64,000 bases of DNA from an uncultured Clostridia bacterium (lineage in GTDB: Bacteria; Bacillota; Clostridia; Oscillospirales; CAG-272), in contig CALXUY010000014.1 in assembly GCA_944391805.1 (NCBI GenBank), forward strand, positions 32,222 through 96,221, in the 5' to 3' direction. This document shows positions 8,765 through 19,973 of the stretch, in pieces (position 1 is the stretch's first letter; each line of letters opens with the position of its first letter). The notes under the pieces were generated by a model. The model was not told the DNA's origin, made no database searches, and saw only the letters and a program-made list of their open reading frames with translations. The position numbers and the translations under genes were made by a program.

Positions 8765-11095
8765 ATGGCAAATAATCTGGTCATCATGGAGTCCCCCTCC
8801 AAAGCGCTGACGGTCAAGGGCTACCTTGGCAGCAATTATAAGGTCATCGGCTCGATGGGACACGTCCGCGATCTTCCCAAAAGCTCGCTCGGCGTGGATA
8901 TTGAGCACAATTTCGACGCACATTATATCAGCATCCGGGGGAAGGGCGATCTCATCAAGGAGATCCGGAAGGAGGCCAAGGCGGCCAACAAAATTTATCT
9001 TGCAACCGACCCTGACCGCGAGGGTGAGGCGATTGCATGGCATCTGGCCGCAACGCTCGGTATTCCGGTGGAGGAAACCCAGCGGGTCTGCTTCAACGAG
9101 GTGACCAAAAACGTGGTGCGCGCCGCCATCAAGTCCCCCCGGAAAATTGACATGAATCTGGTCAATTCCCAGCAGACCCGCCGGATCATGGACCGGATTG
9201 TGGGCTACAAAATCAGCCCGCTGCTCTGGAAGAACATCAAGAGCGGTCTGAGCGCCGGACGGGTGCAGTCGGTGGCAACCCGCATCATTGTGGAGCGGGA
9301 GGAGGAAATCCGCGCGTTTGTCCCGGTGGAATACTGGACGATTGAAGCGCTGCTCCACGGGGAGAACGGAAGGAACATCCCGGTGCATTTCTGGGGAAAT
9401 GCCGACGGAAAAATGAAGCTGAACAACGAGCAGGAGGCCATGCAGGTTGTGGATGCGGTGCGGGGGAAGGAATACACCGTGTCGTCCATCAAGCGAGCCA
9501 CCCGCCGCAAGGCGCCGGCTCCCCCCTTTACCACCTCCACCATGCAGCAGGAGGCCTCCCGCAAGCTGGGCTTTCAGTCCCAGAAGATTATGAAGGTGGC
9601 GCAGGAGCTGTACGAGGGCGTCAACCTCGGGCCGGAGTTCGGGGGCACGCAGGGTCTGATCACCTATATGCGTACCGACTCGCTGCGCATCTCCTCCGAG
9701 GCGCAGAATGCGGCAAAAGAGTTTATCTGCGCGAAATACGGGGAAAAATACTATCCGGAAACGGCGCGTGTCTACAAGACCAAGAGCGGCGCGCAGGATG
9801 CGCACGAGGCCATTCGCCCGGCGCGGGTGGATCTCGAGCCGCAGAAGATCAAAAAGCTGCTCTCGGGCGAGCAGTTCAAGCTCTACAAGCTGATCTGGGA
9901 GCGCTTCATCGCCAGCCAGATGGAATCCGCCGCGCTGGACACGGTTTCGGTGGATTTCTCGTGCGAAGGGTATCTGTTCCGCACCAGCGGTTATTCGGTG
10001 ACCTTTCAGGGCTATATGGCGGTTTATGAGGAGAGCGAGGAGGAATCCCGCGATGCGGCCGATCACCCGGGCGAGGTCAAAAACATCCGTCTGCCCGAGC
10101 TGAACGAGGGGCAGAAGCTGACGGCCGACGACGCTGTGCCCTCCCGACATTTCACCGAGCCACCCTTCCGCTACAACGACGGCTCGCTGGTCAAAACGCT
10201 GGAGGAGCAGGGGCTGGGTCGGCCGAGCACCTATGGCGCCATCATCTCCACGATTCTCGCGCGCAATTATGTCAAGCGGGAGGGCAAGGCATTTGTGCCT
10301 ACGCCGCTGGGCGAGCTGACCACAAAGCTGATGAAGGAGTATTTTACGGATATTGTGGACTACCGCTTCACGGCCGATATGGAGAACGCGCTCGACGAGA
10401 TCGAAAACGGAAAGGCCACCATGCTTGAGGTGCTCAACCGCTTCTGGGCGGACTTTTCCAAGGAGCTGGAGAGCGCCGAGAAAACCATTGCGCAAAGCAA
10501 TATCGAGGTGCCGCCAGAGGAGACGGACATCATCTGCGACAAATGCGGCAGCCGCATGGTGGTGCGCAACGGAAGGTTCGGCAAATTTGCCGCCTGTCCC
10601 AATTACCCCACCTGCCGCAACACCAAGCCGCTGACTGCGGTGGAGGATCCGGTTGACCCGGATGCGGACGGAGAGGGCGAGGCGAAAAAGGCGCAGGTGC
10701 CCGTGGATATGAAGTGTGAAAAATGCGGAGCGGACATGGTTCTGCGCACCGGAAAGTTCGGCAGCTTTTATGCCTGCAGCCGCTATCCCGAGTGCAAGTT
10801 CACCAAGGCGCGTATGCGGGACACCGGCGTGACCTGCCCCAAGTGTGGCGCCAAGATCGTCACCAAATTCGGACGGAGCCATACCGTGTTTTACAGCTGT
10901 GAGCGGTACCCCGACTGCGATTTTTCCTCTTGGGATATGCCGACCAAGGAGCTGTGCCCACAGTGCGGCAAAATGCTGTTCCGCAAAAAAGGGAAAAACC
11001 TGCTGGTGTGTCACGATGCGGCGTGCGGGTATTCCCGCGAGCTTCCGGAGGCGCCCGAAGCCAAGGCCGATCAGACGCAGAATGACGGAGAGTGA
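8765..11095 (+). CDS. topA: DNA topoisomerase I
   Basis: Toprim N-terminus MANNLVIMESPSKA, a type IA core, and several C-terminal CxxC...CxxC zinc ribbons. ATG 8765 (GGAG 11 nt upstream) is preferred over the track ATG at 8747. dprA-topA-trmFO synteny. Confidence 0.95.
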   Translation: MANNLVIMESPSKALTVKGYLGSNYKVIGSMGHVRDLPKSSLGVDIEHNFDAHYISIRGKGDLIKEIRKEAKAANKIYLATDPDREGEAIAWHLAATLGIPVEETQRVCFNEVTKNVVRAAIKSPRKIDMNLVNSQQTRRIMDRIVGYKISPLLWKNIKSGLSAGRVQSVATRIIVEREEEIRAFVPVEYWTIEALLHGENGRNIPVHFWGNADGKMKLNNEQEAMQVVDAVRGKEYTVSSIKRATRRKAPAPPFTTSTMQQEASRKLGFQSQKIMKVAQELYEGVNLGPEFGGTQGLITYMRTDSLRISSEAQNAAKEFICAKYGEKYYPETARVYKTKSGAQDAHEAIRPARVDLEPQKIKKLLSGEQFKLYKLIWERFIASQMESAALDTVSVDFSCEGYLFRTSGYSVTFQGYMAVYEESEEESRDAADHPGEVKNIRLPELNEGQKLTADDAVPSRHFTEPPFRYNDGSLVKTLEEQGLGRPSTYGAIISTILARNYVKREGKAFVPTPLGELTTKLMKEYFTDIVDYRFTADMENALDEIENGKATMLEVLNRFWADFSKELESAEKTIAQSNIEVPPEETDIICDKCGSRMVVRNGRFGKFAACPNYPTCRNTKPLTAVEDPVDPDADGEGEAKKAQVPVDMKCEKCGADMVLRTGKFGSFYACSRYPECKFTKARMRDTGVTCPKCGAKIVTKFGRSHTVFYSCERYPDCDFSSWDMPTKELCPQCGKMLFRKKGKNLLVCHDAACGYSRELPEAPEAKADQTQNDGE

Positions 11096-11103
11096 CCTGC
11101 GGC

Positions 11104-12438
11104 ATGAATCCCTACATTCATATATGCGGAGCGGGCTTGGCCGGATGTGAGGCGGCATGGCAGGCAGCGCGTGCGGGCGTGCGGGTGCGGCTTTCGGAAA
11201 TGAAGCCGAAAGCGTACACCCCAGCGCATCACTCGCCGGATTTTGCCGAGCTGGTCTGCTCCAACTCTCTGCGCTCGGATCAGACGACCAACGCCGTGGG
11301 GCTGCTCAAGGAGGAGCTGCGGCGCATGCATTCGCTGATTCTCGAGGCAGCCGACGCCACGCGGGTTCCCGCAGGCTCGGCGCTGGCGGTTGACCGTTCG
11401 CTGTTTTCCGGGTATATCACGGAGCGCATCCGCTCCTGCCCGAACATCGAAGTGACCGAGGAGGAGGTGACCGGCACAGAGCCGGATACCGTCACCGTCA
11501 TTGCAACGGGGCCGCTGACCTCCGACCGCATGGCCGATTTCATCAGCCGTGAGCTGGGCTGCGGCAGCCTGCACTTTTTCGACGCTGCCGCACCGATTGT
11601 CGATTTTTCCACCGTCAATATGGAGGTCGCCTATTTCGCCTCCCGCTATGACAAGGGAGAGGCGGATTATCTCAACTGCCCCATGACGCGGGAGCAATAT
11701 GACGTGTTTTACAAGGCGCTGATTGCGGCGGAGGAGGCCGTGCTGAAGGACTTTGACCGCGAGAGCCAGAAGGAGCTCCGGGTGTTTGAGGGCTGTATGC
11801 CGGTGGAGGTGATGGCGCGCAGAGGGTACGATACCCTGCGCTTCGGCCCGCTCAAGCCGGTGGGACTGCGGGATCCCCGCACCGGGGAGGAGGCCTATGC
11901 CGTGGTGCAGCTCCGCAAGGAGAACCGCGAGGGAAGCATGTTCAATCTGGTCGGCTTTCAGACACATCTGACCTTTCCCGAGCAGCGCCGGGTGTTCCGA
12001 CTGATTCCCGGGCTGGAGAACGCCGAATTTCTGCGGTATGGCGTGATGCATCGCAATACCTATCTCCAGTCGCCGGGGCTGCTTCTGCCAACCTATGCCA
12101 TGCAGACGCATCCGCAGATCTTCTTTGCAGGGCAGATGACCGGAGTGGAAGGGTATGTCGAGTCGGCGGGGAGCGGCCTTGTAGCCGGGCTCAATGCCGT
12201 CCGCACGCTGCGGGGTGAGCCGCCGCTGGTTTTCCCGGAGGAAACCATGCTGGGCGCTATGGCTGCCTATGTCAGTCAGGGCGGCGCGGGGGATTTTACA
12301 CCCATGAACGCGAATTTCGGGCTGTTGAAGCCGCTGGGCTTCCGGGTCAGGGGCGGCAAAGCCGCACGGTATGAGAAGCTGGCCGAGCGCGCGCTGGAGG
12401 CGCTGCGCACGGTTCCTGACGGTACCCAAACCCAATAA
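11104..12438 (+). CDS. trmFO: Methylenetetrahydrofolate--tRNA-(uracil-5-)-methyltransferase TrmFO (Gid)
   Basis: N-terminal FAD motif ICGAGLAGCEAAWQ, about 445 aa, downstream of topA. An alternative GTG start at 11092 overlaps the topA stop. Confidence 0.94.
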   Translation: MNPYIHICGAGLAGCEAAWQAARAGVRVRLSEMKPKAYTPAHHSPDFAELVCSNSLRSDQTTNAVGLLKEELRRMHSLILEAADATRVPAGSALAVDRSLFSGYITERIRSCPNIEVTEEEVTGTEPDTVTVIATGPLTSDRMADFISRELGCGSLHFFDAAAPIVDFSTVNMEVAYFASRYDKGEADYLNCPMTREQYDVFYKALIAAEEAVLKDFDRESQKELRVFEGCMPVEVMARRGYDTLRFGPLKPVGLRDPRTGEEAYAVVQLRKENREGSMFNLVGFQTHLTFPEQRRVFRLIPGLENAEFLRYGVMHRNTYLQSPGLLLPTYAMQTHPQIFFAGQMTGVEGYVESAGSGLVAGLNAVRTLRGEPPLVFPEETMLGAMAAYVSQGGAGDFTPMNANFGLLKPLGFRVRGGKAARYEKLAERALEALRTVPDGTQTQ

Positions 12439-12489
12439 ACTGAGTAAAGGAAACCACTCGGCGCTCTGCCGCCGGGATTTGGATGCTAT

Positions 12490-13530
12490 ATGAAAATCAT
12501 TGTGGATATGATGGGCGGAGACCGGGCGCCGGAGGAGACCGTAAAAGGGATCTGTCAGGCTGCTCAGGAGTTCAACGCCAGCTATATATTGGTGGGGAAC
12601 CAGCAGGAGATTGAGCGGGCTGCCGCCGAAAACCAGCTGGATATCCGGCGGTTTGATATTGTGCATACCGAGCAGGCGATCTCCATGGAGGATGACCCGC
12701 TGTGCGTGGTGCGCACGAAAACCGAATCCTCCATGGCCGTCGGCATGAAGCTGCTGGCCGAAGGGAAGGGGGACGCCTTTGTCAGCGCCGGAAATACCGG
12801 TGCGCTCTTTACCGGAGCCACGCTGATCGTGCGGAAGATCAAGGGGGTCTCCCGCGCGGGAATCGGAACGATTCTCCCCTTCCAGAATCCGGTTCTGCTG
12901 CTGGACACCGGAGCGAATGTGACGGTCACCGAGGAGAACCTCGAGCAGTTCGGGGTGATGGGAGCCGCCTATATGCGGGGAATGTACGGCATTGACCGCC
13001 CGCGCGTGGGGCTGCTCAATAACGGTGCCGAATCCTGCAAGGGGACGGCTCTGCAGCAGGCCGCCTTCCGGCTGCTCTCCGAGAACCCGGAAATCAACTT
13101 CGTGGGGAACATTGAGGGCAGCACGGCTCCGTTCGGCACCTGCGATGTGCTGGTGGCCGACGGGTTTTCGGGAAATATCTTCCTCAAATGCGTCGAAGGG
13201 GTCGGAAAGCTGCTGCTCGGCAAGCTCAAGCGGGTGCTTTACAGCACACCCGCCACCAAGCTGGCCGCGCTGACCATGAAAAAACCGCTGATGCTGATGA
13301 AAAAGGAGATGGATCCCTCCGAGCACGGCGGCGCGCCGATCCTCGGTATCTCCAGGCCGGTCATCAAGGCGCACGGCTCGTCCGATGCCAAGGCGTTCAA
13401 AAATGCGATCCGGCAGGCTATCGCTTATGCCGATTCGGACGCGATTTACGATCTGGCGCTTTGTATTCAGCGCTTCAACGAGCAGAAAAAGTCGGAGCAC
13501 GAGAGCCGGCCGGAGGAGCCGCAGGCCTGA
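12490..13530 (+). CDS. plsX: Phosphate acyltransferase PlsX
   Basis: 346 aa, MKIIVDMMGGDRAPEETVKG..., GNTGAL motif. Confidence 0.95.
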   Translation: MKIIVDMMGGDRAPEETVKGICQAAQEFNASYILVGNQQEIERAAAENQLDIRRFDIVHTEQAISMEDDPLCVVRTKTESSMAVGMKLLAEGKGDAFVSAGNTGALFTGATLIVRKIKGVSRAGIGTILPFQNPVLLLDTGANVTVTEENLEQFGVMGAAYMRGMYGIDRPRVGLLNNGAESCKGTALQQAAFRLLSENPEINFVGNIEGSTAPFGTCDVLVADGFSGNIFLKCVEGVGKLLLGKLKRVLYSTPATKLAALTMKKPLMLMKKEMDPSEHGGAPILGISRPVIKAHGSSDAKAFKNAIRQAIAYADSDAIYDLALCIQRFNEQKKSEHESRPEEPQA

Positions 13531-13610
13531 CGGGCCCGGTCCGTCGTATGGAATCGCGCCCCCCCGTAGGGTCGCAGAAAAACAAAGCGGATGAAAACAG
13601 GAAAGACACG

Positions 13611-14225
13611 ATGGAACGAAATGCCGAAAGAACCAAAGCCAATATTTTAACTGCGGCAGTGGCCGAATTCTCTGAAAAGGGATATGCCGGGGCGCGTGTG
13701 GACGCCATTGCAAAAATGGCAGGCTGTAATAAGGGAATGATTTACCAGTATTATGAGTCCAAGGAACGGCTGTATGAATCGGTGATTGCGTATGAATATC
13801 AAACGCTCTCCAAGCTGGAGGCCGAGATTATCCAGCAATATACCGATCCCGGCGAGCTGATAGACGCCATTGTGGACAAATATTTCGATTTTCTGCTCGC
13901 ACATCCGGATTTTGTGAAGATCATCATGTGGGAAAATCTCAATGAAGGACGTTCGGTCAAAGCCAGCTCGACTCTGCAGAATGTGAAAGCTCCCATTCTG
14001 GAGTGTATCCGGGAGGCAGTTCGCAAAGGCAGAGCGGACGGGATATTCAAAGAAACCGCGTCCAGCAAGGCGGTGGCTTTTGCGCTGATCACCGGGGCGT
14101 TTTCCTACTTTTCCAATTGTCACACCCTGCCTGTGATACTGAACGTCGATTTGCGGGACTCCGATTTTCTGGTTTCGCATAAGGAGATTGTCAAATCGGG
14201 GATCCGGAGCTATCTGAAAAAATAA
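13611..14225 (+). CDS. TetR/AcrR family transcriptional regulator
   Basis: ATG at 13611 gives MERNAERTKANILTAAVAEFSEKGYAGARVDAIAKMAGCNKGMIYQYYESKERLY, a TetR HTH. The track ORF from 13188 is an over-extension overlapping plsX. Confidence 0.85.
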   Translation: MERNAERTKANILTAAVAEFSEKGYAGARVDAIAKMAGCNKGMIYQYYESKERLYESVIAYEYQTLSKLEAEIIQQYTDPGELIDAIVDKYFDFLLAHPDFVKIIMWENLNEGRSVKASSTLQNVKAPILECIREAVRKGRADGIFKETASSKAVAFALITGAFSYFSNCHTLPVILNVDLRDSDFLVSHKEIVKSGIRSYLKK

Positions 14226-14246
14226 GTGATGTGAAAGGATGGGCAC

Positions 14247-14954
14247 ATGGCAGAATCACTTGACGAGCTGCAAGGCCGGATCGGCTACCGGTTCCGGGAC
14301 GTCCGGTACCTTGAGCAGGCGGTGACGCACTCCTCCTATGCGAACGAAACCGTTGAAAAAAACCGCCATCTGCACTGCAACGAGCGGCTGGAATTTTTAG
14401 GCGACTCGGTGCTCTCGCTCACGGTCAGCGAATATCTTTACAGCAGCTTTCCGTCCTCTCCCGAGGGAGACCTGACCCGTATGCGGGCCGCGTTGGTCTG
14501 CGAGGAGACGCTGGCGGGCTATGCCGCCGGGCTGGGGCTGGGGGAATTCCTGCGCTTCGGAAAGGGAGAGCGTGCCGGCGGAGGGGCGAAAAAGCCGGCG
14601 ATTCTGGCAGATGCCTTTGAGGCTCTGCTCGCCGCGATCTATCTGGATGCGAAGGAGGGGGGCAGGCAGGCGGTATCGGACTTTCTGCTGCCCCGTATCC
14701 GGCAGACCGCCGAGGGGCTTCCCGCGTGGGGAGGCGACAGCAAATCGCAGCTGCAGGTCTTTCTGCAAAAGGACGGCTCCCGGCTGCCGGAATACCGGGT
14801 TGTGAGCGAAACCGGGCCGGATCACGCCAAATGGTTTGCCGTGGAGGTTTATCTCGATTCCAATTGCATCGGCAAGGGCGAGGGGACGACCAAGCGGCAT
14901 GCCGAGCAGGAGGCCGCGGCCGATGCGCTCCGGCTGTTCGGCGTCGGGTCGTGA
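14247..14954 (+). CDS. rnc: Ribonuclease III
   Basis: 235 aa with the signature NERLEFLGDSVL and a C-terminal dsRBD. Confidence 0.95.
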   Translation: MAESLDELQGRIGYRFRDVRYLEQAVTHSSYANETVEKNRHLHCNERLEFLGDSVLSLTVSEYLYSSFPSSPEGDLTRMRAALVCEETLAGYAAGLGLGEFLRFGKGERAGGGAKKPAILADAFEALLAAIYLDAKEGGRQAVSDFLLPRIRQTAEGLPAWGGDSKSQLQVFLQKDGSRLPEYRVVSETGPDHAKWFAVEVYLDSNCIGKGEGTTKRHAEQEAAADALRLFGVGS

Positions 14955-15118
14955 GCGCACATGCTGCCCGGGGCGCGCGCGGTCGTGCGCCGGAGCCTGC
15001 GGGCTGCAATCCCGCGGCCCCGCGCAGTGAGGAATCGTGCGGTGCCGAAAAAAGCGGTGCCGCAATCCGGTGCGGTGCCGGAAGGCAGGAATCTGAAAGG
15101 CACGGCGCTGTGGAGCAG

Positions 15119-16150
15119 ATGCGCTGCGTCCCGGTGCGTCCTCACCGCAACATCGCGGTGTTCATTCCGCACATGGGCTGCCCGCACCGCTGCGTGTTCT
15201 GCGATCAGCATTCCATATCGGGCAGCGGCGGCTTCGACGAGAGCCGGGTGCCGGAACAGATTGAGACCGCCCTGCAAACCATCCCCACCGGAACCGATGT
15301 GGAAATCGCCTATTTCGGCGGCTCCTTCACCGGCATTGACCGGGGGCTGATGCTCCGTCTGCTGGAGCTGGCCGCCGGATATGTGCGGGCGGGCAGGGTG
15401 AGCGGCATCCGCCTCTCCACCAGGCCGGATCTGATCGACAGCGAGGTGCTCGGCATCCTGCGGCAATACCCGGTCCGTGCCGTGGAGCTGGGGCTGCAGA
15501 GCATGGATGACCGGGTGCTGGAGGCCAGCCGGCGCGGGCACACCGCGGCGCAGGGAGAGGACGCCTGCCGGGCTGTGACCGGGGCGGGCTTTGCGCTGGT
15601 GGGGCAGATGATGATCGGTCTGCCGTGCTCCACGCCCGAGAGCGAACGCCGCACGGCCGAGCGGATCTGCCGTCTCGGCGCGTGCGCGGCGCGCATCTAT
15701 CCCACGGTGGTCTTTCGCGGCACGCCGCTGGCCGGTATGATGCGCAGCGGTGTATACCGCCCGCTGACGACCGGGGAGGCCGTTTGGCGGTCGGCTGATG
15801 TGCTGGAAATTCTGAAGGCCCATGGCGTCGCCTGCCTGCGCATCGGGCTTTGCGCCTCCGAGTCGCTGACCTCCCCCGAGGAGGCGCTGGCCGGAGCCAA
15901 CCATCCGGCCTTGGGCGAGCTGGTCTGGGGCGAGCTGTATTACCGCAGGCTGCGGGCCATGCTTGGTGAGGATGAGCTGCTCGGGCAAAAAATTGAATTG
16001 ATTCTGCCTGCGCGGGAGATCTCCAAGTGGGTCGGTCAGCGCCGGCGCAATCTGGACCGGCTCCGGCTGGAGAGCGGCACCGAGGTGCGCAGAGTGGCGG
16101 GGGATTGGAACGCATCGGAGCCGCGCGCGATCCCATGGAAGGCATATTGA
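15119..16150 (+). CDS. Radical SAM protein (Elp3/MiaB/NifB-like family commonly found between rnc and smc in Clostridia)
   Basis: ATG 15119 gives MRCVPVRPHRNIAVFIPHMGCPHRCVFCDQ, a CxxxCxxC cluster motif. The track ORF from 14726 overlaps rnc and is over-extended. Confidence 0.85.
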   Translation: MRCVPVRPHRNIAVFIPHMGCPHRCVFCDQHSISGSGGFDESRVPEQIETALQTIPTGTDVEIAYFGGSFTGIDRGLMLRLLELAAGYVRAGRVSGIRLSTRPDLIDSEVLGILRQYPVRAVELGLQSMDDRVLEASRRGHTAAQGEDACRAVTGAGFALVGQMMIGLPCSTPESERRTAERICRLGACAARIYPTVVFRGTPLAGMMRSGVYRPLTTGEAVWRSADVLEILKAHGVACLRIGLCASESLTSPEEALAGANHPALGELVWGELYYRRLRAMLGEDELLGQKIELILPAREISKWVGQRRRNLDRLRLESGTEVRRVAGDWNASEPRAIPWKAY

Positions 16151-16304
16151 CGGCCGATTGTAAAAAGCCTTGAGACTCTGATCAAGCCGACCGCATACCA
16201 AGGCATACGCTTTTATGGTGATTGGTGACGGTTTTGATCAACATGCCTGCACGTTTTACATTACAATCGGCTATGAGCATACTGAACGAAGGAGAACATC
16301 TGTT

Positions 16305-19300
16305 GTGTATCTGAAATCACTGGAAATGCAGGGCTTCAAATCCTTTCCGGACAAGACCCGCCTGCTGTTTGATAGGGGCGGGGAGGAGACGGCGGAGGAC
16401 GGAGCCTCGCAGGGCGTCACGGTCATCGTCGGGCCGAACGGCTCGGGCAAATCCAACATCGCCGATGCGATGCGCTGGGTGCTGGGTGAAATTTCATCCA
16501 AAAGCCTGCGCGGCAGCAAGATGGAGGACGTCATTTTCGGAGGGGCGGACAGCCGGCGGCCGATGGGCTATGCCGAGGTGTCGGTGACCTTTGACAACCG
16601 CGGCGATTTTGCCAAGCTGGATTGCCCATACGACGAGGTCACCGTGACCCGCCGTTACTACCGCGCCGGGGACAGCGAATATTTCATCAACCGCAAGGCG
16701 GTGCGCCTGCGGGATATTTACGAGCTGTTTATGAACACCGGCATCGGGCGGGACGGCTATTCCATCATCGGGCAGGGGCGCATTGCCGAGATGGTCTCCC
16801 GGAAGAGCGAGGATCGCAGAAGCACCTTTGAGGACGCCTCGGGCATCGCGAAATACCGCCACCGCAAAACCGAGTCCGAGCGCAAGCTGGCCGAGACCGA
16901 GGACAATATGAACCGGCTGAACGACATTTTCTCCGAGGTTTCCGCGCAGGTCGGGCCGCTGCAGAAGGAGGCCGAAAAGGCCAAACGGGCGATCGAGCTG
17001 CTCGAAAACAAGAAGCGCGCCGATGTAAGCCTGTGGCTCTATGACACCGAAAAGCTGCGCGGAGAGCTGACCGCTGCCGAGGAGGCCATGCAGCATGCGT
17101 CGTTCGATCTGCAAACCGCCGAGGACAGCCTGCAATCGCTCGAGGCGCAGAACACCAGACTGTTCGACGCCTCCCAAAGCAGCCGGCAGGAGAGCGAGCA
17201 GCTTCTCGCCCGCATTCAGGAGCAGACCGAACGCTGCCATGAGCTGGAGAGCCGGCAGCGCGTGGCCGAAAACAGCATTTCGCACGCAAAGGAGCTGATC
17301 GAAGCCACAAGGGTCAGCGCGGAGGGGACCGAAGCCTCGGTCCGCGCCGAGCAGGAGGCCGTTGCGGCACATACGCAAAAGCTCGCCGGACTGGCGGAGC
17401 AGTCTGCCGGGCTGAACGCCGAGCGGGAGAAGCTGTCCGCCGAGCAGGCGTCGCTTGAGAGCAGGGAGGCCGGACTGGAGGAGAAGATTGCGCAGGCTCT
17501 CGACGACATCCGCTCTCTGGAGACCGAGCAGATGGATGTGCGCGTGCGCATCTCGGTCCTGGAAAATGCAAGAACCAGCGATTCGGACAAGAACAGCTCG
17601 GCGCTGCAGGAGCTGGACGGCTACCAACGGGTGTCCGACGAGCTGGGAGCGCAGTGCGCCTCCAAAAAGCAGACCGTTGACGGCTATGACGCCGAAATCG
17701 CCGGCATTGACCGGGAGCTGACCGAGCTTGGAGAGCGGTTGGAGACTGCCGCCGCCGAGCTGCGCGCGGGCACCGATTCCTGCAACAACGCCCGTTTCCG
17801 CAGGGATTCGGTCGCCCAGCGCATTGCAACCATCCGCTCGATGGAAGAGCATTTCGAGGGCTATTCCGGCGCGGTCAGATATGTGATGAAACAGTATGAC
17901 GAAGGCCGCATCACCGACGCGACCGGTGCGCGCTGCGGTGTGATCTATGGCCCGCTCTCCAAGGTGATTGCGGTGGACGACCCGTATATCACCGCACTCG
18001 AGATTGCGCTGGGAGCCAATCTCCAGAACATCGTGGTGCAGGACGAGGCCACCGCCAAAGCGGCCATGTATGCGCTCAAGCGGGGCGAGGCCGGACGGGC
18101 CACCTTCTTTCCGCTCACCTCCATGCGCGCTTCAGCCCCAAGCCGCGAGCTGACCGAAGCGGCGGGCTTTCGCGGCTACATCGGCGTGGCCGACAGTCTG
18201 GTCAGCGCCGACGATAAATTCCGCAGCGTGCTTTCCTCTCTGCTCGGCAGAACCGTGGTGTTCGACAGCATCAATCACGCCACGGCCATGGCCAAGGCGC
18301 TGCATTACCGGGTTCGCGCGGTCACGCTGGACGGCCAGCTCATCAATGTGGGCGGCTCGTTCACCGGCGGCTCGGTGCGCACAGGCAGCGGCATTCTCTC
18401 CCGCGCGGGCGAGATCAAGCGGCTGGAGGGCGAGCTGGAGCAGTGTAAGCGAACCGTTTCCGAAATGGAAAAGCGATTGTCCGATCTGCAGGAGCAGATC
18501 GAGGAGACGGAGCAGCAGCGAAAAGCGGCCGAGGATCGCCGCGAGCTGATTGCGGTGCTCCGCAATACCGAAAACGGACAGCTCGAGCAGCTTCGCGCCA
18601 AGCTGGACGCCAACAACACGCTGCTCGAAAGGCTGATGGATGATACCCGGCAGCTGCAGGAGGCAAAGCAGCGATACGAGGAGGATCTCGGCCGCCTGAC
18701 GGTTGAGGAGAAGGAGCTGAAGCGCCGCATCGGCGAGATGCAGGCCTTTCGCGCGGAAAAGGATGCCGAACGGGGGGAGACCGTCCTGCAAAAGGAGGAG
18801 ATTTCCCGCAGGCTGACCGATCTGCACATCCGCATCAGCGAAGCACAGAAGGATATGGAAACCGAGTGCACGCTCCGGCAAAATGCCGAGGCGCGCATCG
18901 CCTCCTTCTCACAGGAGCTGGAGACGCTGCATGCGCGCATCCGGGCACAGGAGGAGCAGATTGCGGCCACGCTCGCCTCGATCGAGACCGACCGTGCCGA
19001 GCTGAAGTCAGGCAGCGAGCTGCTCGGGCAGCTCAACGCGCGGCGCACCGAGGTGGAGAAGGGAAATCAGGAGTTTGAAAAAAAGCTCAATGATCTGAAC
19101 GCCCGTATGCGGGACAAGATGAATCAGAAGGAGCTGATTTTCCGGGAGTATACCAAGTGCGAGAGCAAGCTGGCCAGCCTGCGGGAAACGCAGGATAAGC
19201 TGGCGGGCAAGCTCTGGGAGGAATACGAGATGACCCGCAACGATGCGGTCGCGCTCGGCTATCCGCCTCTGACAAAGGAGACCCGCCCGGAAATGCTTGC

Positions 19301-19973
19301 CCTGCAAACCGAGTGTAAGAACAAGCTGCGTGTCATCGGGCATGTGGATCTCGACGCTGTGAACAAGTATGAGGAGGTCCGCGTGCGCTATGAAAAGATG
19401 AAGGAGCAATTGGAGGATCTCGAAAAGGCCAAGCGGGAGCTGAACGACATCATCGGTCAGCTTGAGGGCGAGATGAAGACCGCCTTTGTGGATTCCTTCA
19501 ATAAAATCAACGAGAATTTTGGAAAGGTGTTCGCCGAGCTGTTCGGCGGCGGATCGGCCGAGCTTTCGCTGACCGATCCCGAGAACGTTCTCGAAAGCGG
19601 CATCGAGATCCGGGCCGCTCCTCCCGGTAAAATCATCAAAAGCCTCATGCAGCTCTCGGGCGGCGAGCAGGCGTTCATCGGTGTGGCGCTCTTCTTTGCC
19701 ATTCTGCAGGTCAATCCCACGCCGTTCTGTATTCTCGACGAGATTGAGGCCGCACTGGACGAGGTCAATGTGGAGCGTCTGGCGCAGTACATCAAGCGCT
19801 ATTCACACGGCACCCAGTTTATTATGATTACGCACCGCCGCGGAACCATGGCGGCGGCGGACCGGCTCTACGGCGTCACCATGCCGGAGCATGGCATTTC
19901 CAAGGTGCTGATGCTGAATATCAACGATATTTCCAAGAAGAAAGGAGAGGACTGGGATGGGATTTTTGGATAA
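16305..19973 (+). CDS. smc: Chromosome partition protein Smc
   Basis: GTG 16305, 9 nt after GGAGA, gives [17 protein letters not shown]... Walker [10 protein letters not shown], long coiled coils, hinge, C-terminal LSGGEQ signature and Walker [11 protein letters not shown]. Confidence 0.95.
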   Translation: MYLKSLEMQGFKSFPDKTRLLFDRGGEETAEDGASQGVTVIVGPNGSGKSNIADAMRWVLGEISSKSLRGSKMEDVIFGGADSRRPMGYAEVSVTFDNRGDFAKLDCPYDEVTVTRRYYRAGDSEYFINRKAVRLRDIYELFMNTGIGRDGYSIIGQGRIAEMVSRKSEDRRSTFEDASGIAKYRHRKTESERKLAETEDNMNRLNDIFSEVSAQVGPLQKEAEKAKRAIELLENKKRADVSLWLYDTEKLRGELTAAEEAMQHASFDLQTAEDSLQSLEAQNTRLFDASQSSRQESEQLLARIQEQTERCHELESRQRVAENSISHAKELIEATRVSAEGTEASVRAEQEAVAAHTQKLAGLAEQSAGLNAEREKLSAEQASLESREAGLEEKIAQALDDIRSLETEQMDVRVRISVLENARTSDSDKNSSALQELDGYQRVSDELGAQCASKKQTVDGYDAEIAGIDRELTELGERLETAAAELRAGTDSCNNARFRRDSVAQRIATIRSMEEHFEGYSGAVRYVMKQYDEGRITDATGARCGVIYGPLSKVIAVDDPYITALEIALGANLQNIVVQDEATAKAAMYALKRGEAGRATFFPLTSMRASAPSRELTEAAGFRGYIGVADSLVSADDKFRSVLSSLLGRTVVFDSINHATAMAKALHYRVRAVTLDGQLINVGGSFTGGSVRTGSGILSRAGEIKRLEGELEQCKRTVSEMEKRLSDLQEQIEETEQQRKAAEDRRELIAVLRNTENGQLEQLRAKLDANNTLLERLMDDTRQLQEAKQRYEEDLGRLTVEEKELKRRIGEMQAFRAEKDAERGETVLQKEEISRRLTDLHIRISEAQKDMETECTLRQNAEARIASFSQELETLHARIRAQEEQIAATLASIETDRAELKSGSELLGQLNARRTEVEKGNQEFEKKLNDLNARMRDKMNQKELIFREYTKCESKLASLRETQDKLAGKLWEEYEMTRNDAVALGYPPLTKETRPEMLALQTECKNKLRVIGHVDLDAVNKYEEVRVRYEKMKEQLEDLEKAKRELNDIIGQLEGEMKTAFVDSFNKINENFGKVFAELFGGGSAELSLTDPENVLESGIEIRAAPPGKIIKSLMQLSGGEQAFIGVALFFAILQVNPTPFCILDEIEAALDEVNVERLAQYIKRYSHGTQFIMITHRRGTMAAADRLYGVTMPEHGISKVLMLNINDISKKKGEDWDGIFG

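Noticed and set aside
13188-13610. N-terminal over-extensions of track ORFs: 13188 for the TetR gene, 14726 for the radical SAM gene, 27889 for the response regulator, 53494 for dapF, 36987 for the phosphodiesterase, 38438 for spoVG, 41785 for the PHP gene, 41722 for DeoR, and 16215 for smc.
   Set aside because: The extensions overlap the preceding genes or run through promoter regions, have non-protein-like composition and lack an SD. Internal starts with an SD give N-termini that match the respective protein families.
15037-15080. Three direct copies of GCGGTGCCG within 45 bp between rnc and the radical SAM gene, a possible regulator binding array.
   Set aside because: The motif is short and GC-rich, the spacing is irregular (15 and 18 bp), and no promoter elements could be placed relative to it. 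It cannot be separated from compositional noise by eye.
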